Positions 1-14,075 of a DNA stretch of 46,112 bases are shown piece after piece. Below the pieces are notes generated by a model. It worked only from the letters and a program-made list of their open reading frames with translations. It did no database searches and was not told the DNA's origin. Position 1 is the stretch's first letter, and every line of letters begins with the position of its first letter. Location of the stretch: positions 1 to 46,112 of the forward strand of contig JBHHXO010000001.1 in NCBI GenBank assembly GCA_046757125.1. The letters run 5' to 3'. The DNA comes from Thiogranum sp. (GTDB lineage Bacteria > Pseudomonadota > Gammaproteobacteria > DSM-19610). The translations under genes were made by a program, and so were the position numbers.

Positions 1-7
1 TCCGATA

Positions 8-150
8 TTATCCACAGTTGATACACAGATTCAGGGGTACTTTAACAGCACCCTGTTTTGTTTATAACTAATTGAATATATTATATATATATCCGGTTAT
101 CAACAAGCGTACCCGGCACTAATAACTATAACTGGGACTATATATATAAC
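8..150. promoter_or_regulatory. Probable oriC segment upstream of dnaN (DnaA boxes, AT-rich DUE, DnaA-trio-like tract)
   Basis: Perfect DnaA box TTATCCACA at 8-16, degenerate TGATACACA at 19-27 and TTATCAACA at 97-105. Very AT-rich 56-92. ACTAATAACTATAACT at 118-133 follows a GC-rich spacer. Lies directly upstream of dnaN. Confidence 0.7.
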
Positions 151-162
151 AAAGGATAATTG

Positions 163-1263
163 ATGAAATTCACGATTGACCGAGAGTCTTTGCTAAAACC
201 GTTGCAGCAAGTCATTGGTGTCGTAGAACGTCGTCAGACATTACCGGTGCTGGGTAATGTATTGATTGTTGCAAATGAAAAGGGATTGCAGATAACGGCA
301 ACCGACCTGGAAGTTGAAATCCAGGCAAGAACATCCGTGCAGATTGATGAAGGCGGGGAAATAACATTGCCGGCGCGCAAACTGGTGGATATCTGCAAGG
401 CCCTTCCCGAGAATGCAAAGATACAGTTCTCTTTCAACGACCAGAAGGCGCAGATAAAGTCCGGCAAGAGCCGTTTTACCCTGGCCACCTTACCGGCTGC
501 AGATTTTCCTGTTGTTGAAGAAATAAAAAGCGATTGCCGGTTTTCGGTTGCATAGAACAAACTGAAAGAGGCTATCGAACGCACCCAGTTTTCCATGGCT
601 CAGCAGGATGTGCGCTATTACCTCAACGGGTTGATGCTGGAAATCGACAATGGCCTGTTACGTACTGTGGCGACCGATGGGCACCGTCTCGCGCTATGTG
701 ACACCGAGGTGGATATAGCCATCAGTCAGCCGCGCCAGGTCATTGTGCCGCGCAAGGGTATTCAGGAATTGCAGCGACTGCTGGATGCCGGCGGAGAACC
801 GGTACAGGTCGAAGTGGGGGTTAACCATATCCGTTTACGTGGCACCGACGTGTGTTTTACCTCCAAGCTGGTTGACGGGCGTTTTCCTGACTATGAGCGC
901 GTGGTACCTAAAAACGGCGATAAAAAGGTACTGGCCGATCGGGAATTATTTCGCCAGGCGCTGTCGCGAGCATCGATACTTTCAAACGAGAAGTATCGGG
1001 GTATCAGACTCAATTTATACAATAATAACGTTAAAATTCAAGCACATAACCCAGAGCAGGAAGAGGCTGATGAAGAATTTGAAGTGCAGTACCAGGGCAG
1101 TGACCTGGAAATCGGCTTTAACGTAACCTACCTTCTGGATGTTTTGTCGTCGGTGCGCAGCGATAACGTGGAAATTACCTTGAGCGATTCCAACAGCAGT
1201 TGTCTGATCAGGCAACCGGGAACTGAACAATACCGCTATGTCGTTATGCCGATGCGTTTATAG
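163..1263 (+). CDS. dnaN: DNA polymerase III beta clamp, interrupted by an in-frame TAG at 553-555
   Basis: ORFs 160..555 (MKFTIDRESLLKPLQQV...) and 595..1263 (MAQQDVRYYLNG...VVMPMRL) are in the same frame. The intervening codons read *NKLKEAIERTQFS. Joined length is 366 aa, typical for DnaN. Confidence 0.95.
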
Positions 1264-1305
1264 CCGCGTGCTGTAGCAGCCCCGTTTTAGGGGCCGCCCA
1301 TTCCA

Positions 1306-4838
<3,533 letters not shown>

Positions 4839-4958
4839 TCTTTACCGGCGGGGCAACAAGTCTGATGTTGAATCACCAGGAATAATAATTCTTTCCTGGC
4901 GTTCTATGCGTCTTGGCGGTTCGACATTTAAAGGAATGCACATTCACTTGCTACGGAG

Positions 4959-5714
4959 TCACGCGCCGGTTTTCAGTGTAGTGATCCTGGCCATTTCCGA
5001 TTCTATCCAGTGTTCCGCCTCGGCCAGTATTTCCTGCGCCGATTTATTCTTCGTTTCGATCGGCGGCCCGATCCGGATTTTTATAACTCCGGGCCATTTT
5101 ATGAAACTGCGCCGCGGCCAGTATTCACCGGCATTGTGTGCGACAGGTGTAATCGAAGCGCCGGTACGTTCGGCCAGTATGGCGCCACCGATGCGATAAC
5201 GTGCTTTTGCGCCGGGTGCAGTGCGGGTCCCTTCGGGAAAGATGACAATCCAGTTCCCTTCCGCGAGCCGTTTCCGTCCCTGGTTTACCAGTTGGTCGAC
5301 AGCTTTTTTTCCGGCACCGCGATCAAGCGCTATCGGGTGCATCATGAACATTCCCCAGCCGAAGATCGGAACCCATAACAGTTCGCGTTTTACCACCCAG
5401 GATTGTTTTTCAAACCAGAAATTCAGTATCAGTGTTTCCCAGGTCGACTGATGCTTCGCGAATATAATGCCGGCCTTGTCCGGAATGTTTTCCGTGCCAC
5501 TGACTTCATAGTCCAGCTTACAGCTGATACGCAGCCACCAGATGGTGGCTGTTGACCATGCGCGGGTCAATGTGAAGCGCTTTTCCAGCGGGAAGGGAAA
5601 GCTCAACACCAGAAGAAAAGCGAATACCAGCGTGAATGTTGCAAAGCCCAGCCAGAACAGTACGGAACGCAGGTAAAGAACCGGGCCTGCAGATTGTTGG
5701 TCAGCCATACTCAA
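4959..5714 (-). CDS. plsC: 1-acyl-sn-glycerol-3-phosphate acyltransferase (start may be 5708)
   Basis: KHQSTWET (NHQSxxD-like) and FPEGTR motifs with an N-terminal hydrophobic segment. Confidence 0.85.
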   Translation of the reverse strand: MSMADQQSAGPVLYLRSVLFWLGFATFTLVFAFLLVLSFPFPLEKRFTLTRAWSTATIWWLRISCKLDYEVSGTENIPDKAGIIFAKHQSTWETLILNFWFEKQSWVVKRELLWVPIFGWGMFMMHPIALDRGAGKKAVDQLVNQGRKRLAEGNWIVIFPEGTRTAPGAKARYRIGGAILAERTGASITPVAHNAGEYWPRRSFIKWPGVIKIRIGPPIETKNKSAQEILAEAEHWIESEMARITTLKTGA

Positions 5715-6067
5715 GATTCGGGTGAGTCCTGTTTCATACCGCGGAATTCGGATACGCGGATGCGCCCGTTGACCATGCGCGATTCGCGCTGCATGAGTCG
5801 ATCCATTTTTTTCCAGAAGGCTGCACGCAAATCGAAGTCAGCTGCGATGGCTGTACCGATAACAAGAATAAAAAGGTCGGCAACTTCTTCGGACAGTTCA
5901 TCCCGGCTCTTGCCCTTGGTGACACAGGCGGAAATTTCACCCAGCTCCTCCGCCATCAGGGCCAGGCGGTAGGTCATTTCCTCGCCACCGGTGTTTTTGA
6001 AATCGTGCTTGTCGTGAAAAGCCTGTACTGCATCGAGCATGGCCTGGTAGGAATCCCGCTCCGTCAT
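5711..6067 (-). CDS. MazG-like NTP pyrophosphohydrolase
   Basis: EELGE...EEVAD motif pair in a 118-aa protein. Confidence 0.75.
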   Translation of the reverse strand: MTERDSYQAMLDAVQAFHDKHDFKNTGGEEMTYRLALMAEELGEISACVTKGKSRDELSEEVADLFILVIGTAIAADFDLRAAFWKKMDRLMQRESRMVNGRIRVSEFRGMKQDSPES

Positions 6068-6075
6068 GATGTGCC

Positions 6076-8151
6076 TCAGCCCTGTAAACGTGATAGATCG
6101 GCGACCCTGAGAAACAACATGCTCAGGCGTTGTAACAACGCAAGCCGGTTGGCGCGCAAGCTGTCGTCTTCCACCATGACCATGACCTGGTCGAAGAAAG
6201 CATCGACATTTTCACGCAGGCCGGCCAGCTGTTTGAGCGCGGGGGTATAATCGCCCGCCTCCATTAAAGGAAGCGCCGTTGTACTCAGCTGCTCCAGTTG
6301 TGCGGCCAGCTGCTTCTCGGCGTCGTCGACAAGGCAACTGCTGTCCACCCGGTCGGGAATGTGTTGATCGGTCTTTTTAAGTATGTTGGCGATACGCTTG
6401 TTGGCAGCGGCCAGGCTTTCTGCTTCCGGTAACTGACGGAATACCTGGCAGGCGCGCACACGCCGGTCAAAGTCGAGCAGCCGCACCGGGCGTGTTGCCA
6501 GCACGGCATCGATCAGGTCGGCCTGGATCCCGGAGTCCTGGTAGTAGGCGCGCAGGCGCTCCATGACATAATTGAACACCGGGTCGATGGCCGCTGAGGC
6601 ATGCAGCGATTTATCAAAGCCCGCGGCTGTGGCGTTCAGCAATGCTTCAAGGTCGATATCCAGTTCCTGTTCGATGCACAAGCGAACCAGGCCAAGTGCC
6701 GCGCGGCGCAGCGCAAAGGGGTCCTTGACGCCGCTCGGTTGTTGTCCGATAGCAAAGATGCCTACCAGGCTGTCGAGCCGGTCGGCTATTGCCAGTGCCA
6801 GTCCCTCGCGGCTGACCGGCAAATCATCGCCGGCAAAGCGTGGCCGGTAATGTTCTTCGATAGCGGTTGCAACCGGAGCGGGTTCCCCGTCGTGAGCGGC
6901 ATAGTAGCGACCCATGATGCCCTGCAACTCGGGGAACTCGTAGACCATGCTGGTAAGCAGGTCGCACTTGCACAGTCGTGCGGCGCGTTCGGCGTGCGCG
7001 GCGTTGCCACCGATTTGTCCGGCAATGGTCGCAGCCAGTTTCGCCACGCGTTCCTGCTTGTCATACAGGGAGCCGAGTTTTTTCTGGTAAACCATGCTGT
7101 GCAGACCATCGATGCGCTGTTCAAGCGTTTGCTTGCGGTCCTGGTTCCAGAAAAAAGCGGCGTCCGCCAGGCGCGGGCGTATGACGCGTTCATTGCCCGC
7201 GCGGATCTGTTGCGGATCCTTGCTGACAAGATTGGCGACGGTAATAAAATGCGCCATCAGTCTGCCGTCGTTGTCGACCACGGGAAAGTACTTCTGGTGA
7301 TCCTGCATGCTGGAGATAAGCGCTTCGGACGGTACTTCCAGGAACGCCTCATCGAAGCGGCCCGAGATGGCCACCGGCCATTCAACCAGCGCGCTGACTT
7401 CATCCAGCAGGTCGTCATCGATGAGGGCCTGTCCGCCAAGCTGCCTGGCCTGCTCCAGTACCTGTGCGCGGATAGCCTCGCGGCGGGTTGCATAATCGGC
7501 CAGTACGTAGCCTTCGGATTCCAGTATCGGCAGGTAGGCTTCGGGTTCGCCCAGGTAAACCGGTTGCGGGTGGTGGAAGCGATGACCGCGGGTATAGCGG
7601 TCGGCTTTTATACCGAGTATTTCAGCATCGATGACTTCGTCACCGAACAGCAGTACCACCCAGTGCACCGGGCGCACGAATTCTTCGCTGCGATCTCCCC
7701 AGCGCATGCGCCTGGGGATCGGCAGACCGGCCAGTGTCTTATTGACAATATCCGCTATCAACCCGGTCGTTGCCTGGCCCTTTACAACAGCCCGGTAGGA
7801 CAGCCAGCTGCCTTTTCTGGTTTCCTGCTGGTCCAGTTGCTCGACCGTAACGCCGCAGGATTTTGCAAAGCCGAGCGCAGCCTGTGTCGGGCAGCCGTCG
7901 TCGTCGAATGCGGCAGCGAGTGCCGGACCACGCCGAACGGTTTGTCGATCCGGCTGCGCGAGCGGCAGGTCTTTTACCAGCAACGCGAGCCGGCGCGGTG
8001 CCGCGTAGGCAATGATCCCGGGCGGATTGAGTGCCGCGTCCTCGAGTCCTTTCGCCACGCCGTCGGCAAAGGCATTGGACAAAACGCGCAGGGCCTTCGG
8101 CGGTAGTTCTTCGGTACCGATTTCGATCAGCAGGTCGCGTGTCTCGCTCAT
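6076..8151 (-). CDS. glyS: Glycine--tRNA ligase beta subunit
   Basis: [16 protein letters not shown]...FVRP, EFPELQG and DPFALRR motifs. Confidence 0.98.
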   Translation of the reverse strand: MSETRDLLIEIGTEELPPKALRVLSNAFADGVAKGLEDAALNPPGIIAYAAPRRLALLVKDLPLAQPDRQTVRRGPALAAAFDDDGCPTQAALGFAKSCGVTVEQLDQQETRKGSWLSYRAVVKGQATTGLIADIVNKTLAGLPIPRRMRWGDRSEEFVRPVHWVVLLFGDEVIDAEILGIKADRYTRGHRFHHPQPVYLGEPEAYLPILESEGYVLADYATRREAIRAQVLEQARQLGGQALIDDDLLDEVSALVEWPVAISGRFDEAFLEVPSEALISSMQDHQKYFPVVDNDGRLMAHFITVANLVSKDPQQIRAGNERVIRPRLADAAFFWNQDRKQTLEQRIDGLHSMVYQKKLGSLYDKQERVAKLAATIAGQIGGNAAHAERAARLCKCDLLTSMVYEFPELQGIMGRYYAAHDGEPAPVATAIEEHYRPRFAGDDLPVSREGLALAIADRLDSLVGIFAIGQQPSGVKDPFALRRAALGLVRLCIEQELDIDLEALLNATAAGFDKSLHASAAIDPVFNYVMERLRAYYQDSGIQADLIDAVLATRPVRLLDFDRRVRACQVFRQLPEAESLAAANKRIANILKKTDQHIPDRVDSSCLVDDAEKQLAAQLEQLSTTALPLMEAGDYTPALKQLAGLRENVDAFFDQVMVMVEDDSLRANRLALLQRLSMLFLRVADLSRLQG

Positions 8152-9068
8152 GATGGCGACCCCTTTTGCAGCATCGGGAAACCCAGCGATTCCCGTCGTT
8201 CGTAGTAGGCCCGGGCGACGGCTCGCGCCAGTGCGCGTACGCGCAGTATGAAACGCTGCCGTTCGGTCACGGAAATGGCGCTGCGGGCATCCAGGAGGTT
8301 AAAGGTATGCGAAGCTTTCAGCATCAGTTCATACGCGGGCAGGGGCAGGCCGGCTTCAATCAGTGCCTGGCTGTCGTTTTCACAGCTGTCGAACCAGTGG
8401 AACAGTTCTTTGGTGTTGGCGTGTTCAAAATTGAAGGCAGACATCTCCACTTCGTTCTGATGGAATACATCCCCGTACAGCACGCTGCCCTGCGGGCCTT
8501 CGGTCCAGACCAGGTCAAACACACTTTCCACACCCTGCAGGTACATGGCAATGCGTTCCAGCCCATAGGTGATTTCACCGCTGACCGGTTTGCAGTCCAG
8601 TCCGCCGACCTGCTGGAAGTAGGTGAACTGGGTGACCTCCATACCGTTCAGCCAGATTTCCCAGCCCAGTCCCCACGCACCCAGGGTAGGTGATTCCCAG
8701 TTGTCTTCAACAAAGCGGATATCGTGCACCAGGGGATCGATACCCAGCTCCTTGAGTGAATCCAGGTACAGCTCCTGGATGTTATCCGGGCTGGGTTTCA
8801 GCAAAACCTGGAACTGGTAATAATGCTGCAAGCGGTTCGGGTTCTCGCCATAGCGACCGTCGGTGGGACGCCGCGACGGTTGCACATAGGCGGTACGCCA
8901 GGGTTCGGGTCCGATTGAGCGCAGGAAAGTCGCCGGGTGGAAAGTGCCGGCGCCTACCTCCATGTCATAGGGTTGCAGGATGACGCAGCCCTGGCGTGAC
9001 CAGTATTCCTGCAGTGCGAGTATCAGGCCCTGAAAGGTGGCGGCTGGATGTGTATTTGAGGAGCTCAA
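8148..9068 (-). CDS. glyQ: Glycine--tRNA ligase alpha subunit (likely TTG start near 9068; open frame extends to 9125)
   Basis: [30 protein letters not shown] and [14 protein letters not shown] motifs. Confidence 0.97.
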   Translation of the reverse strand: MSSSNTHPAATFQGLILALQEYWSRQGCVILQPYDMEVGAGTFHPATFLRSIGPEPWRTAYVQPSRRPTDGRYGENPNRLQHYYQFQVLLKPSPDNIQELYLDSLKELGIDPLVHDIRFVEDNWESPTLGAWGLGWEIWLNGMEVTQFTYFQQVGGLDCKPVSGEITYGLERIAMYLQGVESVFDLVWTEGPQGSVLYGDVFHQNEVEMSAFNFEHANTKELFHWFDSCENDSQALIEAGLPLPAYELMLKASHTFNLLDARSAISVTERQRFILRVRALARAVARAYYERRESLGFPMLQKGSPS

Positions 9069-9210
9069 AATAAATGATCGGCAATTTGAATTTACGGGAG
9101 CCGCGCAGTATAGCTTGAGCCGCACGCCGGATGTAGCTTGCGGCTGATAAATTCAGGGAATATAAGGGTCTAAGCTTTCAAGAAGAAGAATTTATCGGCC
9201 GATAAGCTGT

Positions 9211-9810
9211 ATGAGGGAACGAACACCGAGGTGCTGTATGAATTCGCTGGTTTTGCAACCGACCGAGGTTGCCCAATGGCACGCGCTGGTGTCTGAAGCG
9301 CAGGTCGCCAGTCATCGGAATCTTGAAGAAGGGCTTGAATCCTATCTGGTTTTTCTGCTGATGCGATTCGCGGGACGCCCCGAGCTGGCGCGTAAAATCA
9401 TGGCTCTGGAGTTCTTGCAGGCACAACGCGAGCAAAGCCAGAAAACGGACCGTTTGCGAGATGTTGGCGACCAATGCCTGTTGTTTTCCGGGCTTTTCCC
9501 GAAAATAGCCGAAAGTCGCCAGGTCAAGGTGAGCTACTTTGTGGCCCTGGGACGCAGTGCCTACGATCAGCTGGCTTCGATTGTGGACCGGCAAAGCGAT
9601 CAGCTCTATACCCGCCTGGCGCATACCTTTGTGGGCATTATGGATGTGCTGCACGCCATGCGCGGACTTTCCGGCCAGCCGGTAATGGATCCGCTCGCGG
9701 CCGTAGAGCTGTGGGCGGAGACCGGCAGTCAGGGTGCGTACCGTTCCCTCGCCCCGGAAAGCGGGGCCGTGCCGGTCGTACCCGACCGGTTTTCCAGGCG
9801 TTCACACTGA
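9211..9810 (+). CDS. Hypothetical protein (start may be 9238)
   Basis: Protein-like 199-aa ORF (LESYLVFLL...LRDVGDQCLLFSGLFP) divergent from glyQ. Confidence 0.7.
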   Translation: MRERTPRCCMNSLVLQPTEVAQWHALVSEAQVASHRNLEEGLESYLVFLLMRFAGRPELARKIMALEFLQAQREQSQKTDRLRDVGDQCLLFSGLFPKIAESRQVKVSYFVALGRSAYDQLASIVDRQSDQLYTRLAHTFVGIMDVLHAMRGLSGQPVMDPLAAVELWAETGSQGAYRSLAPESGAVPVVPDRFSRRSH

Positions 9811-9894
9811 ATTACCCTGCAAAGTTTCAAACAATGATGTTGCCTGCATGGGCTACAATGCGCGTTTGAATACAGGCGCGTTGCCGCAACGATC

Positions 9895-10938
9895 ATGAGC
9901 GAACCACGTAAAGCCTTGGCCCTGGTTTCCGGTGGCCTGGATTCCCTGCTGGCTGCAAAGGTCATCCAGGAACAGGGTATCCATGTAGAGGGGATTAACT
10001 TCTATACCGGCTTCTGTGTGGAAGGCCACACCCATGCTATCCGCAAAAAGGACAGGGCCAGACCCAAGCGCAACAATGCGCTGTGGGCTGCCGAGCAGCT
10101 GGGTATCAAACTGCACATCATCGACATCATCGAGGAGTACAAGGATGTCGTGATCAACCCGAAACACGGTTACGGTGCCAATCTGAACCCCTGTCTGGAC
10201 TGCAAGGTATTCATGGTACAGAAGGCCAGGCAGTGGATCGAAAAGAAAGGTTTTGACTTCATTATTACCGGTGAAGTGATCGGCCAGCGCCCGATGTCCC
10301 AGCGCAAGGATACCCTGCCGGTTATTTCGCGCGAATCCGGCGCCGATGAACTTCTGTTACGGCCGCTGTGTGCAAAAAACCTGGCGCCGACCCGTCCCGA
10401 ACTGGAGGGCTGGGTCGATCGCGACAGCCTGTACGGGTTTGAAGGTCGTACGCGTAAACCGCAAATGGCGCTGGCGGCGTCATTCGGTTTCGAGGACTAT
10501 GCCCAACCGGCCGGAGGCTGTTGCTTCCTGACCGACAGGCAGTATTCACACAAGCTGGCGGATTTATGGAAGGCGCGCGGCGAACGTCGTTACGAACTGG
10601 ATGACATCATGCTGCTGAAAGTAGGCCGGCATATTCGTCCACGGCGGAACTTCAAAATGATCATCGGCCGTGAGGAAGGCGAGAACCGGTTTCTGCAAGG
10701 TTACCGAAAACAGTACACACATATGCTCACAACCAGCCACCCCGGTCCGCTGGTTCTGATCGACGGTGATGCCAGCAAGGATGATCTCGACCTGGCGGCA
10801 CAGATTACCGCGCGTTTCAGCCAGGGCCGTAATGCCGACAGCGTCGACATAGAAATCCATACCCTGGATGGTGCAAGCCGGTCCCTGCAGGTACAGCCCA
10901 TGGCCGGTGAAGCCATCCCCCGGGACTGGTATCTGTGA
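9895..10938 (+). CDS. MnmA/ThiI-like N-type ATP pyrophosphatase, putative tRNA thiolase with a C-terminal DUF814/NFACT-R-like region
   Basis: PP-loop SGGLDS, NPCLDCK, TGEVIGQRPMSQ, PAGGCCFLTD and GRHIR...IIGR motifs. Confidence 0.8.
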   Translation: MSEPRKALALVSGGLDSLLAAKVIQEQGIHVEGINFYTGFCVEGHTHAIRKKDRARPKRNNALWAAEQLGIKLHIIDIIEEYKDVVINPKHGYGANLNPCLDCKVFMVQKARQWIEKKGFDFIITGEVIGQRPMSQRKDTLPVISRESGADELLLRPLCAKNLAPTRPELEGWVDRDSLYGFEGRTRKPQMALAASFGFEDYAQPAGGCCFLTDRQYSHKLADLWKARGERRYELDDIMLLKVGRHIRPRRNFKMIIGREEGENRFLQGYRKQYTHMLTTSHPGPLVLIDGDASKDDLDLAAQITARFSQGRNADSVDIEIHTLDGASRSLQVQPMAGEAIPRDWYL

Positions 10939-11165
10939 GTCTGCACGAACTGGACACACGCCGCATGCTGTGCCCGATGCCGGTGATCCGCACCCAGGAA
11001 AGAGTGGCGCAGTTACAGGTGGGGGACACCCTGGCAGTATTGTGCAGCGACCCCGGCGCTATACACGATATCCCGGCCTGGTGCCGGGTGAACGGGCACG
11101 AGGTGCTGGACATTCAGCAGAAAGACGAAGAAATTACTATCCGTCTGCGCGTGTGTGAAGAATAA
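10935..11165 (+). CDS. TusA/SirA-family sulfur carrier
   Basis: LDTRRMLCPMPV and DPGAIHDIPAWC motifs; overlaps the upstream stop (GTGA). Confidence 0.88.
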   Translation: MSLHELDTRRMLCPMPVIRTQERVAQLQVGDTLAVLCSDPGAIHDIPAWCRVNGHEVLDIQQKDEEITIRLRVCEE

Positions 11166-11173
11166 TCAGGGTT

Positions 11174-12331
11174 ATGAACGGTAAAGTGCAGGACGCCACA
11201 AGGAATACCCGCTACCGCGAGGTTCGTAAAGTAACCCTGGTCGGTTCGGTGGTGGATTTGCTGCTGGGCGTGGCAAAAATAGTAGTGGGCTGGCTGGCGC
11301 ATTCGCAGGCGTTGATCGCCGACGGCCTGCATTCACTGTCTGACCTGGCTACCGACTTCGTGGTGCTGTATGCCGCAAAGCATTCACACCGCGAAGCCGA
11401 CGAAGACCACCCCTACGGCCACGGGCGCATCGAGACGCTGGCGACCGTTGGACTTGGTATTACCCTGATCGGTGTTGCCTTTGGTATCGGCTATGATGCG
11501 ACGCGCCGCATGAACGAGCCGGATCTGCTGCTGGCGCCGGGCATGCTTGCACTGGGTGTCGCCTTCGTGTCGGTTATTGCCAAGGAGATTATTTACCAGT
11601 ACACCAGGAGCGCGGCCCTGAAGCTGCGCTCCAATATGTTGATGGCCAATGCCTGGCACAGTCGCAGTGATGCCATTTCGTCCGTGGTGGTGGTGATTGG
11701 TGTTGGTGGCGCCATGCTGGGTTATCCCTATCTCGATGCCGTTGCCGCGATAGTGGTTGCTGTGATGATTGCCAAGATCGGTTTCGATCTGGTGCGCGAC
11801 AGTACCAGGGAGCTGATCGATACGGCGCTGGAACCCGATGTGGTGGATTCGATCCGCAGGGAAATTGCGCAAGTGGATGGCGTGCGAGCCCTGCACATGC
11901 TGCGCACGCGGCGCAGTGGCGGTGATGCATTGATCGATCTGCACGTACAGGTTGACCCGTGTATCAGTGTATCCGAAGGCCACCAGATCGGTGACACGGT
12001 GCGCCGCCGTCTGATAGAACGCGTCGATGAGGTGACCGACGTAACGGTGCATATCGATCCGGAGGACGACGAGCGGGAATCACTCTCGGACAAGTTGCCG
12101 TTACGCGGCGACCTGATTCGGAAGCTGCAGCTCAAATGGGCGGATATCGAAGGGCTGGACGCCGGGAATATTACCCTGCACTACCTGTGCGGAAAACTGA
12201 GTATCGACCTGGAGCTGCCCCTGTCAGCGCTGGAAGCAGTTCCCGACAGTCGCGGCCTTATCGATAAAATCGAGCGGGCGGCAAAAGAATTGCCTGAAGT
12301 GGATTCGGTCAAGGTCTGTTTTCGCGCCTGA
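11174..12331 (+). CDS. Cation diffusion facilitator (CDF) metal transporter
   Basis: SQALIADGLHSLSD, HPYGHGRIE, AWHSRSD and VTVHIDP motifs plus an extra C-terminal domain. Confidence 0.9.
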   Translation: MNGKVQDATRNTRYREVRKVTLVGSVVDLLLGVAKIVVGWLAHSQALIADGLHSLSDLATDFVVLYAAKHSHREADEDHPYGHGRIETLATVGLGITLIGVAFGIGYDATRRMNEPDLLLAPGMLALGVAFVSVIAKEIIYQYTRSAALKLRSNMLMANAWHSRSDAISSVVVVIGVGGAMLGYPYLDAVAAIVVAVMIAKIGFDLVRDSTRELIDTALEPDVVDSIRREIAQVDGVRALHMLRTRRSGGDALIDLHVQVDPCISVSEGHQIGDTVRRRLIERVDEVTDVTVHIDPEDDERESLSDKLPLRGDLIRKLQLKWADIEGLDAGNITLHYLCGKLSIDLELPLSALEAVPDSRGLIDKIERAAKELPEVDSVKVCFRA

Positions 12332-12332
12332 G

Positions 12333-12380
12333 CGCACCAATTTTTACCAACCACCGCCCTGTTTGCCCCATATTGGTGCG
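12333..12380. promoter_or_regulatory. NtrC enhancer sites upstream of glnA
   Basis: TGCCCCATATTGGTGCG (12364-12380) is close to TGCACC-N5-GGTGCA. A weaker CGCACCAATTTTTACCA (12333-12349) lies 31 bp upstream. Confidence 0.7.
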
Positions 12381-12443
12381 ATATATCGGTGGTTGTGTAT
12401 TCCCGGATTCCTTAACCCGTCGACTTGCCACGGGTTTTTCCCG

Positions 12444-12459
12444 TGGCATAATTCGTGCT
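12444..12459 (+). promoter_or_regulatory. Sigma54 (-24/-12) promoter of glnA
   Basis: TGGCATAATTCGTGCT with exact GG-N10-GC spacing, ~100 nt before the ATG and downstream of the NtrC sites. Confidence 0.75.
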
Positions 12460-12555
12460 CTTTTCAGGAGCACTTTTTTGGAGTCGCCGGTACTTGGCCC
12501 AGCGCTCAGGTCGGAACCCGTTTTTTGAGACAAGTCCTATTTCGGAGGAAGCTAG

Positions 12556-13965
12556 ATGTCCGCAGCAAAGGTAAATAAATTAATGAAGGATAACGGGGTC
12601 AAGTTTGCTGACCTGCGTTTCACTGATACGCTTGGCAAGGAACAGCACGTAACGGTTCCCGCGAGTGAAATCACTGCCGGCTTTTTCAAGGACGGCAAGA
12701 TGTTCGACGGTTCGAGTATCTCGGGCTGGAAGGGCATCAATGAATCAGACATGGTGCTGATGCCCGATACCGGTACGGCGGTGTTCGACCCGTTCGCCGA
12801 CGAACCGACCATGAACCTGCGTTGCGACATTCTCGAGCCCGCCACCATGAAAGGCTACGAGCGTGATCCACGTTCGCTGGCCAAGCGCGCCGAAGCCTAT
12901 CTGAAGTCCACCGGTATAGCCGATACCGCCTACTTCGGTCCGGAAAACGAATTCTTCGTGCTGGATGATGTGCGTTGGGGTTCCGACATGAGCGGTGCTT
13001 TCTACAAGGTGGATTCCGAGGAAGCCTCCTGGAATGCCGAGCGCGTTTATGAAGACGGCAACATCGGCCACCGCCCCGGCATCAAGGGCGGTTATTTCCC
13101 GGTACCACCGGTCGACTCCCTGCACGACATGCGCTCCGCCATGTGTCTTGCGCTGGACGAGATGGGTTGCCCGACCGAAGTGCACCACCACGAGGTGGCA
13201 ACTGCTGGCCAGTGTGAGATCGGTACCATATTCAACACCCTGGTGCGCAAGTCCGACGAAGTGCAGATCCTGAAATACGTGGTGCAGAATGTTGCCCACA
13301 GTTATGGCAAGACAGCCACCTTCATGCCCAAGCCGCTGGTAGGTGACAACGGTAACGGCATGCACGTGCATATGTCGCTGGCGAAGAAAGGCAAGAACCT
13401 GTTCAGCGGCAAGAAGTACGGCGGCCTGTCCGATATCGCCCTGTACTATATCGGCGGTGTCATCAAGCATGCAAAGGCGCTGAACGCATTCGCGAATGCG
13501 TCGACCAACTCCTACAAGCGCCTGGTCCCGGGTTTCGAAGCTCCGGTTATGCTGGCTTACTCGGCGCGTAACCGCTCTGCCTCCATTCGTATACCCTACG
13601 TTGCCAACCCCAAGGGTCGTCGCATCGAAGTACGTTTCCCTGATTCGACAGCCAACCCTTACCTGGCGTTCTCCGCCATGCTGATGGCCGGCCTCGACGG
13701 TATCCAGAACAAGATCCATCCGGGTGATGCCATGGACAAGGATCTGTATGATTTGCCGCCGGAAGAAGAAGCCAGGATCCCGCAGGTCTGTTTCACTTTC
13801 GATCAGGCGCTGGAAGCGCTGGACAAGGATCGCAAGTTCCTGACCGCGGGTGGTGTGTTCACTGACGACATGATCGACGGCTACATCGATCTCAAGATGG
13901 AAGAAGTCACCCTGTTGCGCATGAGCACGCATCCGGTCGAGTTCGATATGTACTACAGCCTCTGA
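12556..13965 (+). CDS. glnA: Glutamine synthetase type I
   Basis: FDGSSI, HHHEVA, FMPKP...[17 protein letters not shown] and the DLYDLPPEE adenylylation motif. Confidence 0.99.
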   Translation: MSAAKVNKLMKDNGVKFADLRFTDTLGKEQHVTVPASEITAGFFKDGKMFDGSSISGWKGINESDMVLMPDTGTAVFDPFADEPTMNLRCDILEPATMKGYERDPRSLAKRAEAYLKSTGIADTAYFGPENEFFVLDDVRWGSDMSGAFYKVDSEEASWNAERVYEDGNIGHRPGIKGGYFPVPPVDSLHDMRSAMCLALDEMGCPTEVHHHEVATAGQCEIGTIFNTLVRKSDEVQILKYVVQNVAHSYGKTATFMPKPLVGDNGNGMHVHMSLAKKGKNLFSGKKYGGLSDIALYYIGGVIKHAKALNAFANASTNSYKRLVPGFEAPVMLAYSARNRSASIRIPYVANPKGRRIEVRFPDSTANPYLAFSAMLMAGLDGIQNKIHPGDAMDKDLYDLPPEEEARIPQVCFTFDQALEALDKDRKFLTAGGVFTDDMIDGYIDLKMEEVTLLRMSTHPVEFDMYYSL

Positions 13966-13987
13966 CAGAGACCGACGAACGGTAGTA

Positions 13988-14013
13988 AAAACGCCCCCGT
14001 AAGGGGGCGTTTT
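13988..14013 (+). terminator. Intrinsic terminator after glnA
   Basis: AAAACGCCCCC-GTAA-GGGGGCGTTTT hairpin. Confidence 0.85.
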
Positions 14014-14075
14014 CTGTTGCGTTGCATGTAGCCAGTCAGTAAGGTGGATACAAGCCGTTTACAAGGAGATGGCCA

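Noticed and set aside
6601-8106. 501-aa ORF antisense to glyS
   Set aside because: Shadow frame of a conserved GC-rich gene, with no recognisable motifs.
12470-12555. Possible glutamine riboswitch in the glnA leader (TTGGCCCAG...GGAA)
   Set aside because: Only a short resemblance; I could not build the required stems. An Rfam/Infernal search would be needed.
12745-13932. 395-aa ORF antisense to glnA
   Set aside because: Typical antisense open frame caused by the codon bias of a highly expressed gene.
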